Part shown: one piece after another, positions 30,604 to 40,411 of the stretch | Layout: each line of letters starts with the position of its first letter | How positions within the stretch are numbered: the first letter of the stretch is position 1 | Origin: a virus | DNA length: 64,000 nucleotides | Virus record (IMG/VR): IMGVR_UViG_3300037419_001192 | Span: 38,691-102,690 of that record | Strand: one strand, 5' to 3' | Made by a program: the position numbers and the translations under genes | Notes under the pieces: generated by a model | What the model saw: the letters and a program-made list of their open reading frames with translations, nothing else | Databases searched by the model: none | What the model was told of the DNA's origin: nothing

Positions 30604-30978
30604 ATGGCAATCGAATATAAAAGTGGCGGTAGCAAGGTCGGTAAGCCGAGTTCCTATGACAAGCATTTGCAGGGCGAGCAAGGCATAGCGCATACCACGA
30701 TCATCAAGGAAAAAACTAGCCATGGTGAAAAGCATGCCACTACGGTCAAGGATGAATCCGAAACCGTGCATCCCGGCGTGGTGGCCCCGGAAGCCGAACT
30801 GTGCAAAATCGCAGTCGGCGGCAACCGCACGATCAATCTCGGCAATTTTGAGTCGGCCAAGATATCCGTGTCACTGACGATGCCTTGTACCAAGGAAACG
30901 TTGGAAGAAACGTACACGTTTGTCACCGAATGGATTTCCGACAAGCTGGATAAGGCTATCGGCCAATCGAAGGAATGA
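30604..30978 (+). CDS. Conserved phage protein
   Basis: RTINLGNFESAKISV motif. Confidence 0.6.
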   Translation: MAIEYKSGGSKVGKPSSYDKHLQGEQGIAHTTIIKEKTSHGEKHATTVKDESETVHPGVVAPEAELCKIAVGGNRTINLGNFESAKISVSLTMPCTKETLEETYTFVTEWISDKLDKAIGQSKE

Positions 30979-31165
30979 TCATGGATATCCAAAAAGAGCG
31001 CGAACGCTTCGAGCGCTGGTTTCGCCATAGCGTCAGTTCCTATGCACCCCTGCAAGGCACGGAAGGGGGCCGAGTCGGCTGGTATTACTTCGATATCCCC
31101 GAGTTAGATATTCAGACCTATTGGCTCGCTTGGCTGGCCGGGCAGACTTTCGAGAAGGAATAATC

Positions 31166-32305
31166 ATGGCAATCACAATCAACGGTGGCAATCAATTGCC
31201 AAAGGATGAGCCTGTGCAGGAAGAAAAGAAAGGCAGCGGCGTCACGCTGGCAGCGGTACTTGCGGGTATCAAGAAGGAAAAGGGCGACAAGGTAGCAGTC
31301 ACCGCCCGCAACATTCCGCTGGTCAAGCGCATCCCAACCAATATCTTCGAATTCGATCTGGCAACCGGTGGCGGCTTTCCCTGCGCCCGGTATTCCATCG
31401 TCTATGGGCCAGAGTCATCCGGCAAAACCAATGCGGTATTTTGCGCCATTGCAGCAGCGCAAAGGATGCCTCCCCCATGCAATAAAGCGGTGTTCGTTGA
31501 TCTGGAAAGTGCATTTGATCCGGCGTGGGCTGCCCAGTTCGGCATCAATATCGATGAATTGATTGTGATCCGCCCAGCCTATGGCGAAGAAGCCTGCGAT
31601 CTGGTGGATGCCGTGGTGCGGGCCGAAGACGTTGCTTTCGTTGCGGTCGATTCCCTCGCTGCGATTATCGGCATCAAGGAAGTCGAACAAAGCGCCGAGA
31701 AATTCGATGTCGGCACTTCCCCGCTGCTGATCAAACGGATGTGTACCAAGTTGGTGGCTGCACTATCGGCAGAAGAAAAGAATGGGCACACCCCGGCAGT
31801 CGTATTGCTGAACCAGACCCGCATGGAAATCGGCAAGATGTTTGGCAACCCGGAGAAGATGCCGGGCGGCAAAGCAATGCTGTTTTATTCCTGCCTGACG
31901 GTGCGGCTATCCGGCAAGAACAAGGTGGTCAAAGCGCTGGGCGTCGATGTGCCCGCCTTCAAGGAAACCAGCGCCCGCATCGTCAAGGCCAAGGTGCAAG
32001 TCATTCGCTCCGAGTTCGAATATGACCTGTGCATGCTGCCGCACGAAAACCTGAAAGTCGGTGACACCGATAGCTGGAATAGCGTCGCCGCCTATCTGAA
32101 ATCAATGGGCATGCTGGCAAAGGCCGACAATGGCAAGGGCTGGGATTTATTCGGCATGAACAAACCGACATTGGTGTATTACCAAGATATGTATGCAACC
32201 GATCCAGCATTCAAGTTGCAATGCCAACAAGCCATTGTCGATTTCCAAAGCAAGCAATCCGGCTTCACCATCGAAGCCCCTGCGGAAGAATCCGGCAAGG
32301 AATAA
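31166..32305 (+). CDS. recA: RecA-family recombinase
   Basis: GPESSGKT, DLESAFD, VDSLAA, NQTR..FGNPEKMPGG. Confidence 0.92.
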   Translation: MAITINGGNQLPKDEPVQEEKKGSGVTLAAVLAGIKKEKGDKVAVTARNIPLVKRIPTNIFEFDLATGGGFPCARYSIVYGPESSGKTNAVFCAIAAAQRMPPPCNKAVFVDLESAFDPAWAAQFGINIDELIVIRPAYGEEACDLVDAVVRAEDVAFVAVDSLAAIIGIKEVEQSAEKFDVGTSPLLIKRMCTKLVAALSAEEKNGHTPAVVLLNQTRMEIGKMFGNPEKMPGGKAMLFYSCLTVRLSGKNKVVKALGVDVPAFKETSARIVKAKVQVIRSEFEYDLCMLPHENLKVGDTDSWNSVAAYLKSMGMLAKADNGKGWDLFGMNKPTLVYYQDMYATDPAFKLQCQQAIVDFQSKQSGFTIEAPAEESGKE

Positions 32306-32327
32306 CTTTTCATCAATGGAGTGAACC

Positions 32328-32582
32328 ATGAAGACTTTTTATCATACGAATGAAGTGGCGGAAGCCGAGCACGTTACCCCGGAGAATTTGGATGCGGTGG
32401 CGGCATGGTGCAACGGCGCGGTGAAGGGCACCCGACTCCCCGCCGAGCAACGGGAAATCGAATTGAAAGTGCATTCCGGTGAATGGGAACGTGCGGTCGT
32501 GGGCAACTGGATTGTGAAAGAGTCCGGCATCTTCACGATCTATCCGGATGATGTATTCCAAGTCCTGTTCGGGAAGGAGTGA
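32328..32582 (+). CDS. Conserved phage hypothetical protein
   Basis: VAAWC.G..GNWIVK..PDDVF. Confidence 0.6.
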   Translation: MKTFYHTNEVAEAEHVTPENLDAVAAWCNGAVKGTRLPAEQREIELKVHSGEWERAVVGNWIVKESGIFTIYPDDVFQVLFGKE

Positions 32583-32850
32583 ATCATGAATCTGGAATGC
32601 CTCTACCATTTCAATGCCAAGGTATGCCTGCGTTCGGCTGGCAATGAGAGCCGAGGCAATATCGTCGCAGTTAAATTCTCCGCTTCGGGAGGCGAGCCGG
32701 AATATACGGTGCGTCGTTATGACGGGGTTGCCTACGACGCTGCCGAGTCCGAACTTCTTTCCTACTAATAATGCGATTCATCAAATCCGTACTGGGCTGG
32801 GTAGCAGGGGTCTGGTTGCTGCTGGTTTGCATCCGCAAAATCGTGGAGGC

Positions 32851-33255
32851 ATGGCCGTGGTAAGCCGCAACCCTTTCCTGAACCGCCAGCAGGAAGCCCC
32901 TAAAAACGCGCATGGCAAGCGCAGCGAGGAACGACTAGCCAAGTCCCTCGGCATGCGCCTGACGCCCGCCAGCGGGGCTGTAGCGGGTCTGAAAGGGGAT
33001 ATGCGTACCCAGCAAGGCATCAAGGTGCTGCTGGAAGCGAAAAGCACGACTGCGACCACGATGCCCATTGATCTGGCGTGGCTCATCAAGATCAAGGGCG
33101 AAGCGCTCGGCAAGCGCAGCATTCCCGCCGTTTCGATATCATTCGTGCTGCCGGACGGGAAGCCAAGAGGCAATGCCTCGGAATGGGTGATGTTGCCGAA
33201 AACCGAATACGAAGACTTGCTGGAGAAAGCGAATGATTCAATGGCTGCAAAATAG
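32851..33255 (+). CDS. PD-(D/E)XK nuclease (Hjc/resolvase-like)
   Basis: E..LA..SGA..KGD..EAKST. Confidence 0.7.
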   Translation: MAVVSRNPFLNRQQEAPKNAHGKRSEERLAKSLGMRLTPASGAVAGLKGDMRTQQGIKVLLEAKSTTATTMPIDLAWLIKIKGEALGKRSIPAVSISFVLPDGKPRGNASEWVMLPKTEYEDLLEKANDSMAAK

Positions 33256-34123
33256 CGTAGCAAAAGCCCATGCGCCGCAGCACTCGATCATCGATGTGCT
33301 GGTAAAGAATATGGGGGGTTATCAAAAAGCAAGAAGTCATAAAACGGTACATGCATCAGACATTACGAAACCGGATTTCTGCCCCAGAAAGCTGGCGTTG
33401 CTGGATATCACTGGCAAGGATAAGAAAGACGAATACATATCGACTGCGCTGCAAGCCACGTTCGATCTGGGCAATGCAGTCTCCGATCTATTCCGCGAGC
33501 AATGGGCCGGGCAAGCCGCGCATGGCTTCTGGCAATGCCCTTCCTGCGGTTGGCTATCGCCATTCGGCACGAAGCCATCACATATTTGTAATAGCAAGCA
33601 AGGGCAACTCAAGTATATCGAACCCAGATTCGTTTCCAAGGAATACGGAATCTCGGGCTCGCTCGATGTCGTGATGAACCTCGGTGCGCCGAAGCTATTC
33701 GTCACCGAGTTGAAGATCATCGCGCCGGACGCATTTGATACGCTTGCCGCCCCATTATCCGAGCATCGGATTAGAACCGGGCTCTACCTGAAGATCATCG
33801 AAGATGATGATAATTTCCTAAAGGAACGCATCAACCTGCAAGAAGCCAAGGTCTGCTATGTCAGCCGGGGCCACGGTAGGAAACATCCGGTGCATGGGGA
33901 AGTGCTGCCGTTCCGCGAATTCGATATCAAGCGTGACGATGCCGGCCTGCAACCGATACTGGAGAAGGCCAAGGCAATCAAGCTATTCCGCGATGCCGGC
34001 ACCATCCCGGCAGGTATCTGCAACACGATGGCGGATAAGACAGCGAAGAATTGCCAGATGTGTTCAACCTGTTTTTCGGGGGAGCATAAGGCTGGAGCAA
34101 CATTTACGCAGGAAAAGGAATGA
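33233..34123 (+). CDS. Cas4-like PD-(D/E)XK exonuclease
   Basis: HASD..CPR; SGSLD..ELK; C-terminal C..C..C cluster. Confidence 0.7.
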   Translation: MIQWLQNSVAKAHAPQHSIIDVLVKNMGGYQKARSHKTVHASDITKPDFCPRKLALLDITGKDKKDEYISTALQATFDLGNAVSDLFREQWAGQAAHGFWQCPSCGWLSPFGTKPSHICNSKQGQLKYIEPRFVSKEYGISGSLDVVMNLGAPKLFVTELKIIAPDAFDTLAAPLSEHRIRTGLYLKIIEDDDNFLKERINLQEAKVCYVSRGHGRKHPVHGEVLPFREFDIKRDDAGLQPILEKAKAIKLFRDAGTIPAGICNTMADKTAKNCQMCSTCFSGEHKAGATFTQEKE

Positions 34124-34662
34124 GAATTCTCGGCTTGGATGTGTCCACATTCGTCGGCATGTGCCTCTTGGTTGACCCGGATCAAACCGATAGTCAAGTT
34201 AAAAGTTTACTAATCAATTACCCCAAGCTGCGCGGCTACGAGCGGCTGCAATCAATTGCCAGAGGCGTGGCAATGGTTGTGGATGAATGGCAACCAGATG
34301 TCGTGTTCATCGAATGGTATGCGTTCGGCGGTTGCCAGATTGTGCAGATGGTAGAAGTTGGCACTTTTATACGAAAAGTGCTTTACGACCGTGGCCTCGA
34401 TTGGTACGATTGCACGCCTTCTACAGTCAAACTGTTCACAACTGGTAAAGGCAATGCCAAAAAGCCTGATATGGCGGCAGCCGTGCAACAGCGATGGGGC
34501 TTTACCCATAAGAGCGATGATGTGATTGACGCTTTCGCAATCGCCAAGCTGGGCCAGCATGTCTTAACCCTACCCGAAACCCCCAAAGGAGTGAAAAAAT
34601 GGAACGATGGAAGTCAATCGAAGGCTGCCCGTTCTACGAAGTCTCAAGCGAAGGCAATGTAA
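34120..34662 (+). CDS. ruvC: RuvC-like Holliday junction resolvase
   Basis: ILGLD, VFIE, VK..TGKGNA.K, DD.IDA. Confidence 0.85.
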   Translation: MRILGLDVSTFVGMCLLVDPDQTDSQVKSLLINYPKLRGYERLQSIARGVAMVVDEWQPDVVFIEWYAFGGCQIVQMVEVGTFIRKVLYDRGLDWYDCTPSTVKLFTTGKGNAKKPDMAAAVQQRWGFTHKSDDVIDAFAIAKLGQHVLTLPETPKGVKKWNDGSQSKAARSTKSQAKAM

Positions 34663-35120
34663 GAGTCCGCCCTCGTTTTTCAAAGAATGGGAGGAAACTG
34701 CAAGGCAGGTATATTCCTATCCGAAAAAACGCGGGCGGGTATCTAGTCTTTAGTGTTTCCGTAGGTGGGGTCGCAAAAACGTTGTACCTGCATCACGTAA
34801 TGCTGGAAGTTTTTGTCGGCCCAAGACCGGAGGGGCTACTGGTATGCCATAACAACGGCATACGTGACGATTGTAGGCTTGACAACTTACGCTATGATAC
34901 CCCGAAGGGAAATGCAGACGACACCCTTCGCCACGGAACTAGAAGCATGGGGGAGTCACACCCATCAACTAGGCTATCTGATAAGAACTGCATATCAGCA
35001 CTTAACCTTCTGAGAGAGGGCTGGAGCAAAAGAAGGGTGGCTCGGTATTTTGGTGTTGCCCATACCGCAATCGTCAACTTATCTCGGGGTAAGTCCCGAA
35101 AATATTTAACCAAGGAGTGA
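34599..35120 (+). CDS. NUMOD4-HNH homing endonuclease
   Basis: W..I.G..YEVS..G.V; VCHNNG...D.RLDNL.Y. Confidence 0.85.
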   Translation: MERWKSIEGCPFYEVSSEGNVRVRPRFSKNGRKLQGRYIPIRKNAGGYLVFSVSVGGVAKTLYLHHVMLEVFVGPRPEGLLVCHNNGIRDDCRLDNLRYDTPKGNADDTLRHGTRSMGESHPSTRLSDKNCISALNLLREGWSKRRVARYFGVAHTAIVNLSRGKSRKYLTKE

Positions 35121-35123
35121 ATC

Positions 35124-35753
35124 ATGGATTTAGCAACTTACCGCAAAAACGTCTTCAAAACCCTCTCCATCAAAAATGCCAAAGAAGGCATGCGCAAAGT
35201 AGCGCGGCGCACCCCGACCACGAATATCGCGCATGCCATCGTCGGCTTATCCACCGAAGTCGGAGAATTGCTGGAAGGCTTGCAACCGTATCTGCTGGGC
35301 TTCCAATTCACCGATGAACTGAAGCGCAATGCCCGCGAAGAACTCGGTGACATCAGTTATTACACGGTAGTCCTGTGCAAGATGCTGAAGATCAAGATGC
35401 CGACTTCCACGAAGAAAGTGGCATTGAAGGGCATGACGCCGACGAAGGCATTGCTGACGCTGCACAAGATCAGCAACGATTTGCTGGATCAATACAAGAA
35501 ATCTTTTTATGGCCGCGACATGGATGTGCAATTGATTGCCGAAATCGCGCAGCCGCTGCCGAACCTGCTGTATGCGATCCATTTCTGGATGTTCCACGAG
35601 CCGATTGCTTCCACAATGGCTGGAAATATCGCTAAACTAGCGGCCCGGTATCCGGAAGGCACGTTCGACAGCGATGCCCAACATGCCCGTAACAAGGATG
35701 TTGAACTGAATGCGATGGATGATGCAGCCGCACAACATGCAGCGGCAGCGTAA
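35124..35753 (+). CDS. MazG-like nucleoside triphosphate pyrophosphohydrolase
   Basis: GLSTEVGELL..EELGD..NIAKL.ARYP. Confidence 0.8.
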   Translation: MDLATYRKNVFKTLSIKNAKEGMRKVARRTPTTNIAHAIVGLSTEVGELLEGLQPYLLGFQFTDELKRNAREELGDISYYTVVLCKMLKIKMPTSTKKVALKGMTPTKALLTLHKISNDLLDQYKKSFYGRDMDVQLIAEIAQPLPNLLYAIHFWMFHEPIASTMAGNIAKLAARYPEGTFDSDAQHARNKDVELNAMDDAAAQHAAAA

Positions 35754-35830
35754 AAAGTCATTGACAAACAAAATCGTTGCTGTAGAATCGAGGTCGTGAT
35801 GGATGCGAAACCACTGAAAGGAGTCAGAAA

Positions 35831-36658
35831 ATGAGTGAAAACGAACAATCCCAAGAGGTAGTCGAGGAAAAGGTTGCCAAGGCGAAAGTCAAGAAGACCC
35901 ATACCGGCGACCTGATCCACGACATCGCTGCCGAAGTCGAGCATCTGACGAAGGACAAGGCGCTGAAGCAAGCCGACTCGCTGGCCGAAGATATCGAAAC
36001 GAATTACTTCAAGCTCGGCGGCATCCTGAACAAGATTCAGGAGCAAGGCTGGTACGAAGGCTTCGGCACGTTCCAAGAATACGCCGAAGAAAAATTCGGC
36101 ATCAAGGATCGCACGATCCGCTACATGATCCGCATTTACAAGGATTTGGTCGAAAAGCAAATCCCGTGGGAAAAGGTGGCGCATCTGGGCTGGACGAAGC
36201 TGAAAGAATTGTCCGGCGTGTTCAAGGTCAACGAGGATGGCACCGATAACGTCGATGAATGGGTTGAAAAGGCTGAAAAGCTGACCGTCAAGGAACTGCA
36301 AGCGCTGCTGAAGCAAGAAGGTGGCGACGACGAAACTTCGGGCAAGCAAACCACTCAAATCACGGTACTGAAATTCAAGCTGATCAACGACCAAACCGAC
36401 ACGGTGCAATCCGCACTGGCGAAGGCGAAGGGTGAAGTCAGCACCGACCATGATGAAGTGGCGCTAGAATCGATCTGCGGCGCATACCTCGGCAATGCAA
36501 TCACGATCCAAAAGCAAGAAGCGGCCACCGATCTGGTCGAAGCGCTGAAAGCCCTGTCATGGGAAGATGCGCTGAACCTGCTCGATGCTTCCCATCCGGA
36601 ACTGAAGATCGCGGTCACGGTTGGCGACGATATCCAAGTCGATGTGAAGGCGGCGTGA
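35831..36658 (+). CDS. DUF3102-like HTH DNA-binding protein
   Basis: FKLGGILNKI..FGTFQEYAEEKFGIK.RT..YMI.IY; strong SD; promoter TTGACAAAC at 35761. Confidence 0.55.
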   Translation: MSENEQSQEVVEEKVAKAKVKKTHTGDLIHDIAAEVEHLTKDKALKQADSLAEDIETNYFKLGGILNKIQEQGWYEGFGTFQEYAEEKFGIKDRTIRYMIRIYKDLVEKQIPWEKVAHLGWTKLKELSGVFKVNEDGTDNVDEWVEKAEKLTVKELQALLKQEGGDDETSGKQTTQITVLKFKLINDQTDTVQSALAKAKGEVSTDHDEVALESICGAYLGNAITIQKQEAATDLVEALKALSWEDALNLLDASHPELKIAVTVGDDIQVDVKAA

Positions 36659-36735
36659 AGCCAAGCTGGCAATCAATTGCCAGCCGCCCTTCGCAAGAGG
36701 GGCAACAAGGATGGTGAATGCGCAGGCTGATGCGC

Positions 36736-36811
36736 GGGGTGGGTTTCATGGCCGGGCGAGGCTGCAACCCTCGCGGTGCCCGGATTGGGTTCGACTCCCA
36801 GCACCCTTGCA
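36736..36811 (+). tRNA. tRNA-like element, anticodon GCA (Cys), non-canonical
   Basis: CGAGG-CTGCAAC-CCTCG anticodon arm, TGGG-TTCGACT-CCCA T-arm, 6-bp acceptor; atypical D arm; no CCA. Confidence 0.45.
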
Positions 36812-37960
36812 ATGCCGGGGATCAGCGCCGGCCACCATCCTTGTTGGGAATGCCTATCAATAGGCGCAAGAAGTGTAGCCTGAAAGTGCGTATATCCCGG
36901 TAACCAGTACCCGCAACGGCTACGGTACAAAGCTGGTTACATGCTTCGCTGGAGATAAGCGCCAGCCCCAACATTGCTGGATTCATGCGATATGGAATCA
37001 TGCCATTGCCGAGAGCAAGCTGCGTTCAGGTATGAGGGGGTTGCATGGAGCAAGAGCTAGGGTTGCGACTTAGCATCCAGCCATGTTGGTAGTGCGGAGT
37101 GCTGATCCGCAACGGGCGAGAACCGTGTGTTTTGGGAGTCTCGGCCTCTTATGACCGCGCAAGCGCGAGGGGGATGGATGGGCGCATAGGCTGGGTTCAG
37201 CACCAGCACCAACAAGCGTGATGGGTTAGACGGTTGGAACGCGGTCGTGGGTCGCTCCCCTTCTGCTGTGACCGAGACAGGCTCCCCTGACGAGCTACCC
37301 ATCACCCTTGTTGGTTCAAGATATCTGGGGCCACCGGATTCGAGCGGTTCGAGCAACGCACCGTTCAAGTTCTCCCAAGGCTAAGGTGTTTCCGGTGAAT
37401 GCGATGCTGGCGTTGCGCACCAGCCCCCAGATATGTTGGATCAACATCGAACCGTTAGCTCAGAAAGCGGTAAGCCGAAGGCCAAGGCAACCCCGCACGG
37501 CAGAGCCCCGAATATCTAATTCGGTTGTCGCTGGTAATAGACCTTCCAGCACGGTTCGATGTTGGGCCATACGCGGGAGTAATCCCAAACTAGCTTGGAT
37601 GTGCGCCTGAAGGGCTGAAAAGGATCGTATGGAAACGCCAAAGCGGGAGTTGCGTACCCGCCCCAGCACCCAACAGTTAGCGAACTGTAATAAGGCAGAG
37701 CCGGCATCACCCTGTCGGCCTGATAAGTCCTATATCCAGTGGGATGCTGCCCGAATAGATTGGATGAAACATGGCAACTCCGGGAGTCTTCGGGCTCCTC
37801 GTTACCCCCGCTTCTACCCAGTGGGAGATTGCCAAAATAGACTGGGATAAGCAGTTCGCTAACTGGTGGGGTCATCCGGATGTACTCGGGACTGAGGCTG
37901 TCCGGCTGGAGCAAGAGGCGGAATTGCGACCCGCCCTCCATCATTGTGTGGCAATGTCGG

Positions 37961-37998
37961 GACTGCGGGTGGCGGGGATGCTTCCCGCAGTCTTTTTT
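37961..37998 (+). terminator. Rho-independent terminator
   Basis: GACTGCGGG..CCCGCAGTC followed by T6. Confidence 0.75.
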
Positions 37999-38014
37999 GT
38001 TGTATGCTGCGGCA

Positions 38015-38554
38015 ATGCTGACCGAATACGACCCCACCCTACCGCCCACCGATCCGCGCAGCCTGCATGAACAATGGCGCGATGTCCCCGGCTACGAAGG
38101 CAAATACCAAGTCTCCAATCACGGCCAAGTGAAATCCGTGGGCCGGCATATCCCGGTACGCGGCGGCAAGACCCGCTGGCAACCGCAGCAAATGCGCAAC
38201 CGCCAAATGAATACCGGCACCGATTTCTGGTGCGTCCTGCTATACAACAAAGGCAAGGCGCGGCACCACTACATTGCCAATCTGGTGCTGGAAGCGTTCG
38301 GTCATCCGCGCCCGCCAGCAGCCCGCGTCACTTACCTCGATGGCGATTGCGATAACCTGCATTATTCGAATCTGGCATGGTCGGATGAGCGCGTGGTGCG
38401 GCACAAAACGCCGGATGCAATAGAAGCGCAAGTGATGACGTTCCTGAACAGTGGCATATCGCTGCGCAAGACTGCCAAGCTATTTGGTATTGCCTACAAC
38501 ACGGCATGGCGCATCAAGCATCGGCATATTGCTGCCCAACAATCCGGCAGCTAG
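38015..38554 (+). CDS. NUMOD4-HNH-like protein with C-terminal HTH (catalytic His replaced)
   Basis: EQWRDVPGYEGKYQVSNHG.VKS; VTYLDGD..N...SNL.W. Confidence 0.75.
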   Translation: MLTEYDPTLPPTDPRSLHEQWRDVPGYEGKYQVSNHGQVKSVGRHIPVRGGKTRWQPQQMRNRQMNTGTDFWCVLLYNKGKARHHYIANLVLEAFGHPRPPAARVTYLDGDCDNLHYSNLAWSDERVVRHKTPDAIEAQVMTFLNSGISLRKTAKLFGIAYNTAWRIKHRHIAAQQSGS

Positions 38555-38843
38555 AATCTGGCAATCAATTGCCAAATGGAGTTGCCATGTCTCACTTCGC
38601 TGACTGGATTGCCGCGCAACCAACCCCACCGACGCCGGAAGACGCTTTCAATTACGCGTTGATGCTGGCGGCAAGCGTTTGCCTAGAGAAATTCGAGGGC
38701 CATGGCGCGGCCAGCAAAAAGCGCCTCGCCGCCGTGCAATGTGCCGATGAAATTCTGTTGTATCAGGAGCGTAAAACAGATTGACAAACAACTTGGTTGT
38801 GCTAAGATAAGTACAACCCAAGTCGCTAAACAATGGAGTGGAA

Positions 38844-39143
38844 ATGGCAAAAATTCACAATCCCAACCTCGGGATGCCGCAGGATTTCACGAAACCTCCG
38901 CAGATAGAAATCGTTGACCCAAATTACATCGGCCCTGACCCCATCGGCAGCGAGCCCTTTTGCTGTAACCCAAAATGCCGACACCATAAGCATCAGGTGC
39001 AGCCGACCACAAGCGGTATTGTCATCAAGGGCCAAGACACGAAGATCATGCGCCAAGAAGTCGTGCGTATCGTGCAAGGCGTACCAATCACCGGCAAGTT
39101 CTGTCAGGTATGTCTTGAAGTCATCAAGATGTTCAACCTATGA
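38844..39143 (+). CDS. CxNPxC..CxxC Zn-finger family protein
   Basis: FCCNPKCRHH..FCQVC; promoter at 38781. Confidence 0.6.
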   Translation: MAKIHNPNLGMPQDFTKPPQIEIVDPNYIGPDPIGSEPFCCNPKCRHHKHQVQPTTSGIVIKGQDTKIMRQEVVRIVQGVPITGKFCQVCLEVIKMFNL

Positions 39144-39382
39144 GCCGGCCTTTTTGCGAAAACCCATGCTGCTATCTGCATGAGTATTGTGTAGAAGACC
39201 ATCAGCAATGGGTGAAATTATTCAATAAGTCCTCATACAAGGGCATGCTGGATGCGCAGGCAAAAGGGTTGCCGCCCCCCATCGAGCAATATCACCGCTG
39301 TATCGTGGTCGATGACTGGAATCAAAAGACTTTCTTGTGCGAGGGTTGCTACAACGTCACCCATATGCTTAGGGGTATTTGA
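39140..39382 (+). CDS. CxNPxC..CxxC Zn-finger family protein
   Basis: FCENPCCYLH..LCEGC. Confidence 0.6.
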   Translation: MSRPFCENPCCYLHEYCVEDHQQWVKLFNKSSYKGMLDAQAKGLPPPIEQYHRCIVVDDWNQKTFLCEGCYNVTHMLRGI

Positions 39383-40411
39383 ATGGGACTGCCACCAAAA
39401 TCACAAAAGGGTTACAAGCCGGGCAAGGCCGACTTTAAGGCAAATAAATTCGGCAATAACGGCCAAAGCCCGAAACCGAAGAAAGACAAGAGTTTTGCGC
39501 AATGGGAAGTCAAGCTGGGCTATGCCATGAAAGATGAAGACGCCAGCAAATCATTCAGTCAAATGCTCGATGAATTAGCCATGAGTACCGCTGAAATCAA
39601 TGCTGACAAGACATATAACGCCAGTATGTATTCGAACGGGGGGTGGGTATCGGCAGAAAAATGCAAGCCCATTATCCAAGAACAGGAATGCAGTTACCCA
39701 GAACCAGATATCAATGAACTCGCCAAGGGATTGACGCCAGAAGAAATCAAGGATTTGGAATACATCACCGGCAAGAAGGTCAGCATCGACACTTTCGTTG
39801 AAACCAAAATCGCAACAAACACGGTAACGCTAAATCTAAATGGGGTAACCACCGGAACCGTTACCGGGTTTTGGCAGCAACAACATAAGCTGCCCGAAGG
39901 AATTATTGCCCTCCCTGACCCAAAACTAAACTACAAGCAAGGCGACTCCTACAATTACCAAGGCAGCTTTTATATCGTGCTGTGCGTCGAGGAAGGCACG
40001 ATGTACCTCCTGAAAGGGGTCATCCATAGCGCCACCGAAATACAAACCGCGATGCAAAGCCTGAAATGGGCTGCCTACAAGGCAGTCTATGGCGGGGGTG
40101 TATCGACTAAGCCAGTAGAAAAAACAATCCAATATAACGTGTTTGAAAACGGGGCGCTGGGAGTGGAACCGTTTTGTTTCAATCCGAAATGCCGGTACTA
40201 CGATGCCAAGTCAGATGGGAATAAGACCTATATTTATGTAAAAGGGGACAATTCCCCTAGCTTTCTGGAAATCATCGACCGCTGGCACTTCGAGGGCGGC
40301 AAATTCTGCCCGGCATGCGCCACGGTATTGCAAATGATGGGTCTGGAACCTGTGCCCATGACAACAGGTAAGAAACCTACTAAGGAGAAACCATGGAACC
40401 CGAAAAAGTAG
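39383..40411 (+). CDS. Hypothetical protein with C-terminal CxNPxC..CxxC domain
   Basis: FCFNPKCRYY..FCPAC. Confidence 0.6.
   Translation: MGLPPKSQKGYKPGKADFKANKFGNNGQSPKPKKDKSFAQWEVKLGYAMKDEDASKSFSQMLDELAMSTAEINADKTYNASMYSNGGWVSAEKCKPIIQEQECSYPEPDINELAKGLTPEEIKDLEYITGKKVSIDTFVETKIATNTVTLNLNGVTTGTVTGFWQQQHKLPEGIIALPDPKLNYKQGDSYNYQGSFYIVLCVEEGTMYLLKGVIHSATEIQTAMQSLKWAAYKAVYGGGVSTKPVEKTIQYNVFENGALGVEPFCFNPKCRYYDAKSDGNKTYIYVKGDNSPSFLEIIDRWHFEGGKFCPACATVLQMMGLEPVPMTTGKKPTKEKPWNPKK

Larger units (their letters stand above)
36686..37998 (+). ncRNA. Candidate large structured non-coding RNA (~1.3 kb)
   Basis: No credible ORF; six long-range 10-19-bp helices, GNRA and cUUCGg loops, terminator at 3' end. 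Confidence 0.75.

Noticed and set aside
33233-34123. Cas4-like gene as part of a CRISPR-Cas system
   Set aside because: No array or other cas genes; stand-alone Cas4-like nucleases are common in phage recombination modules.
36886-37941. Structured region as a group II or group I intron (GTGCG at 36886, D5/D6-like hairpins near 37875-37940)
   Set aside because: No AGC/CGC triad or bulged A recognised, no interrupted gene and no RT; the downstream HNH-like gene lies beyond a terminator. Not excluded without a covariance-model search.
36673-38070. Short ORFs listed across the ncRNA region
   Set aside because: No SD, atypical composition, mutually overlapping; better explained as chance frames.
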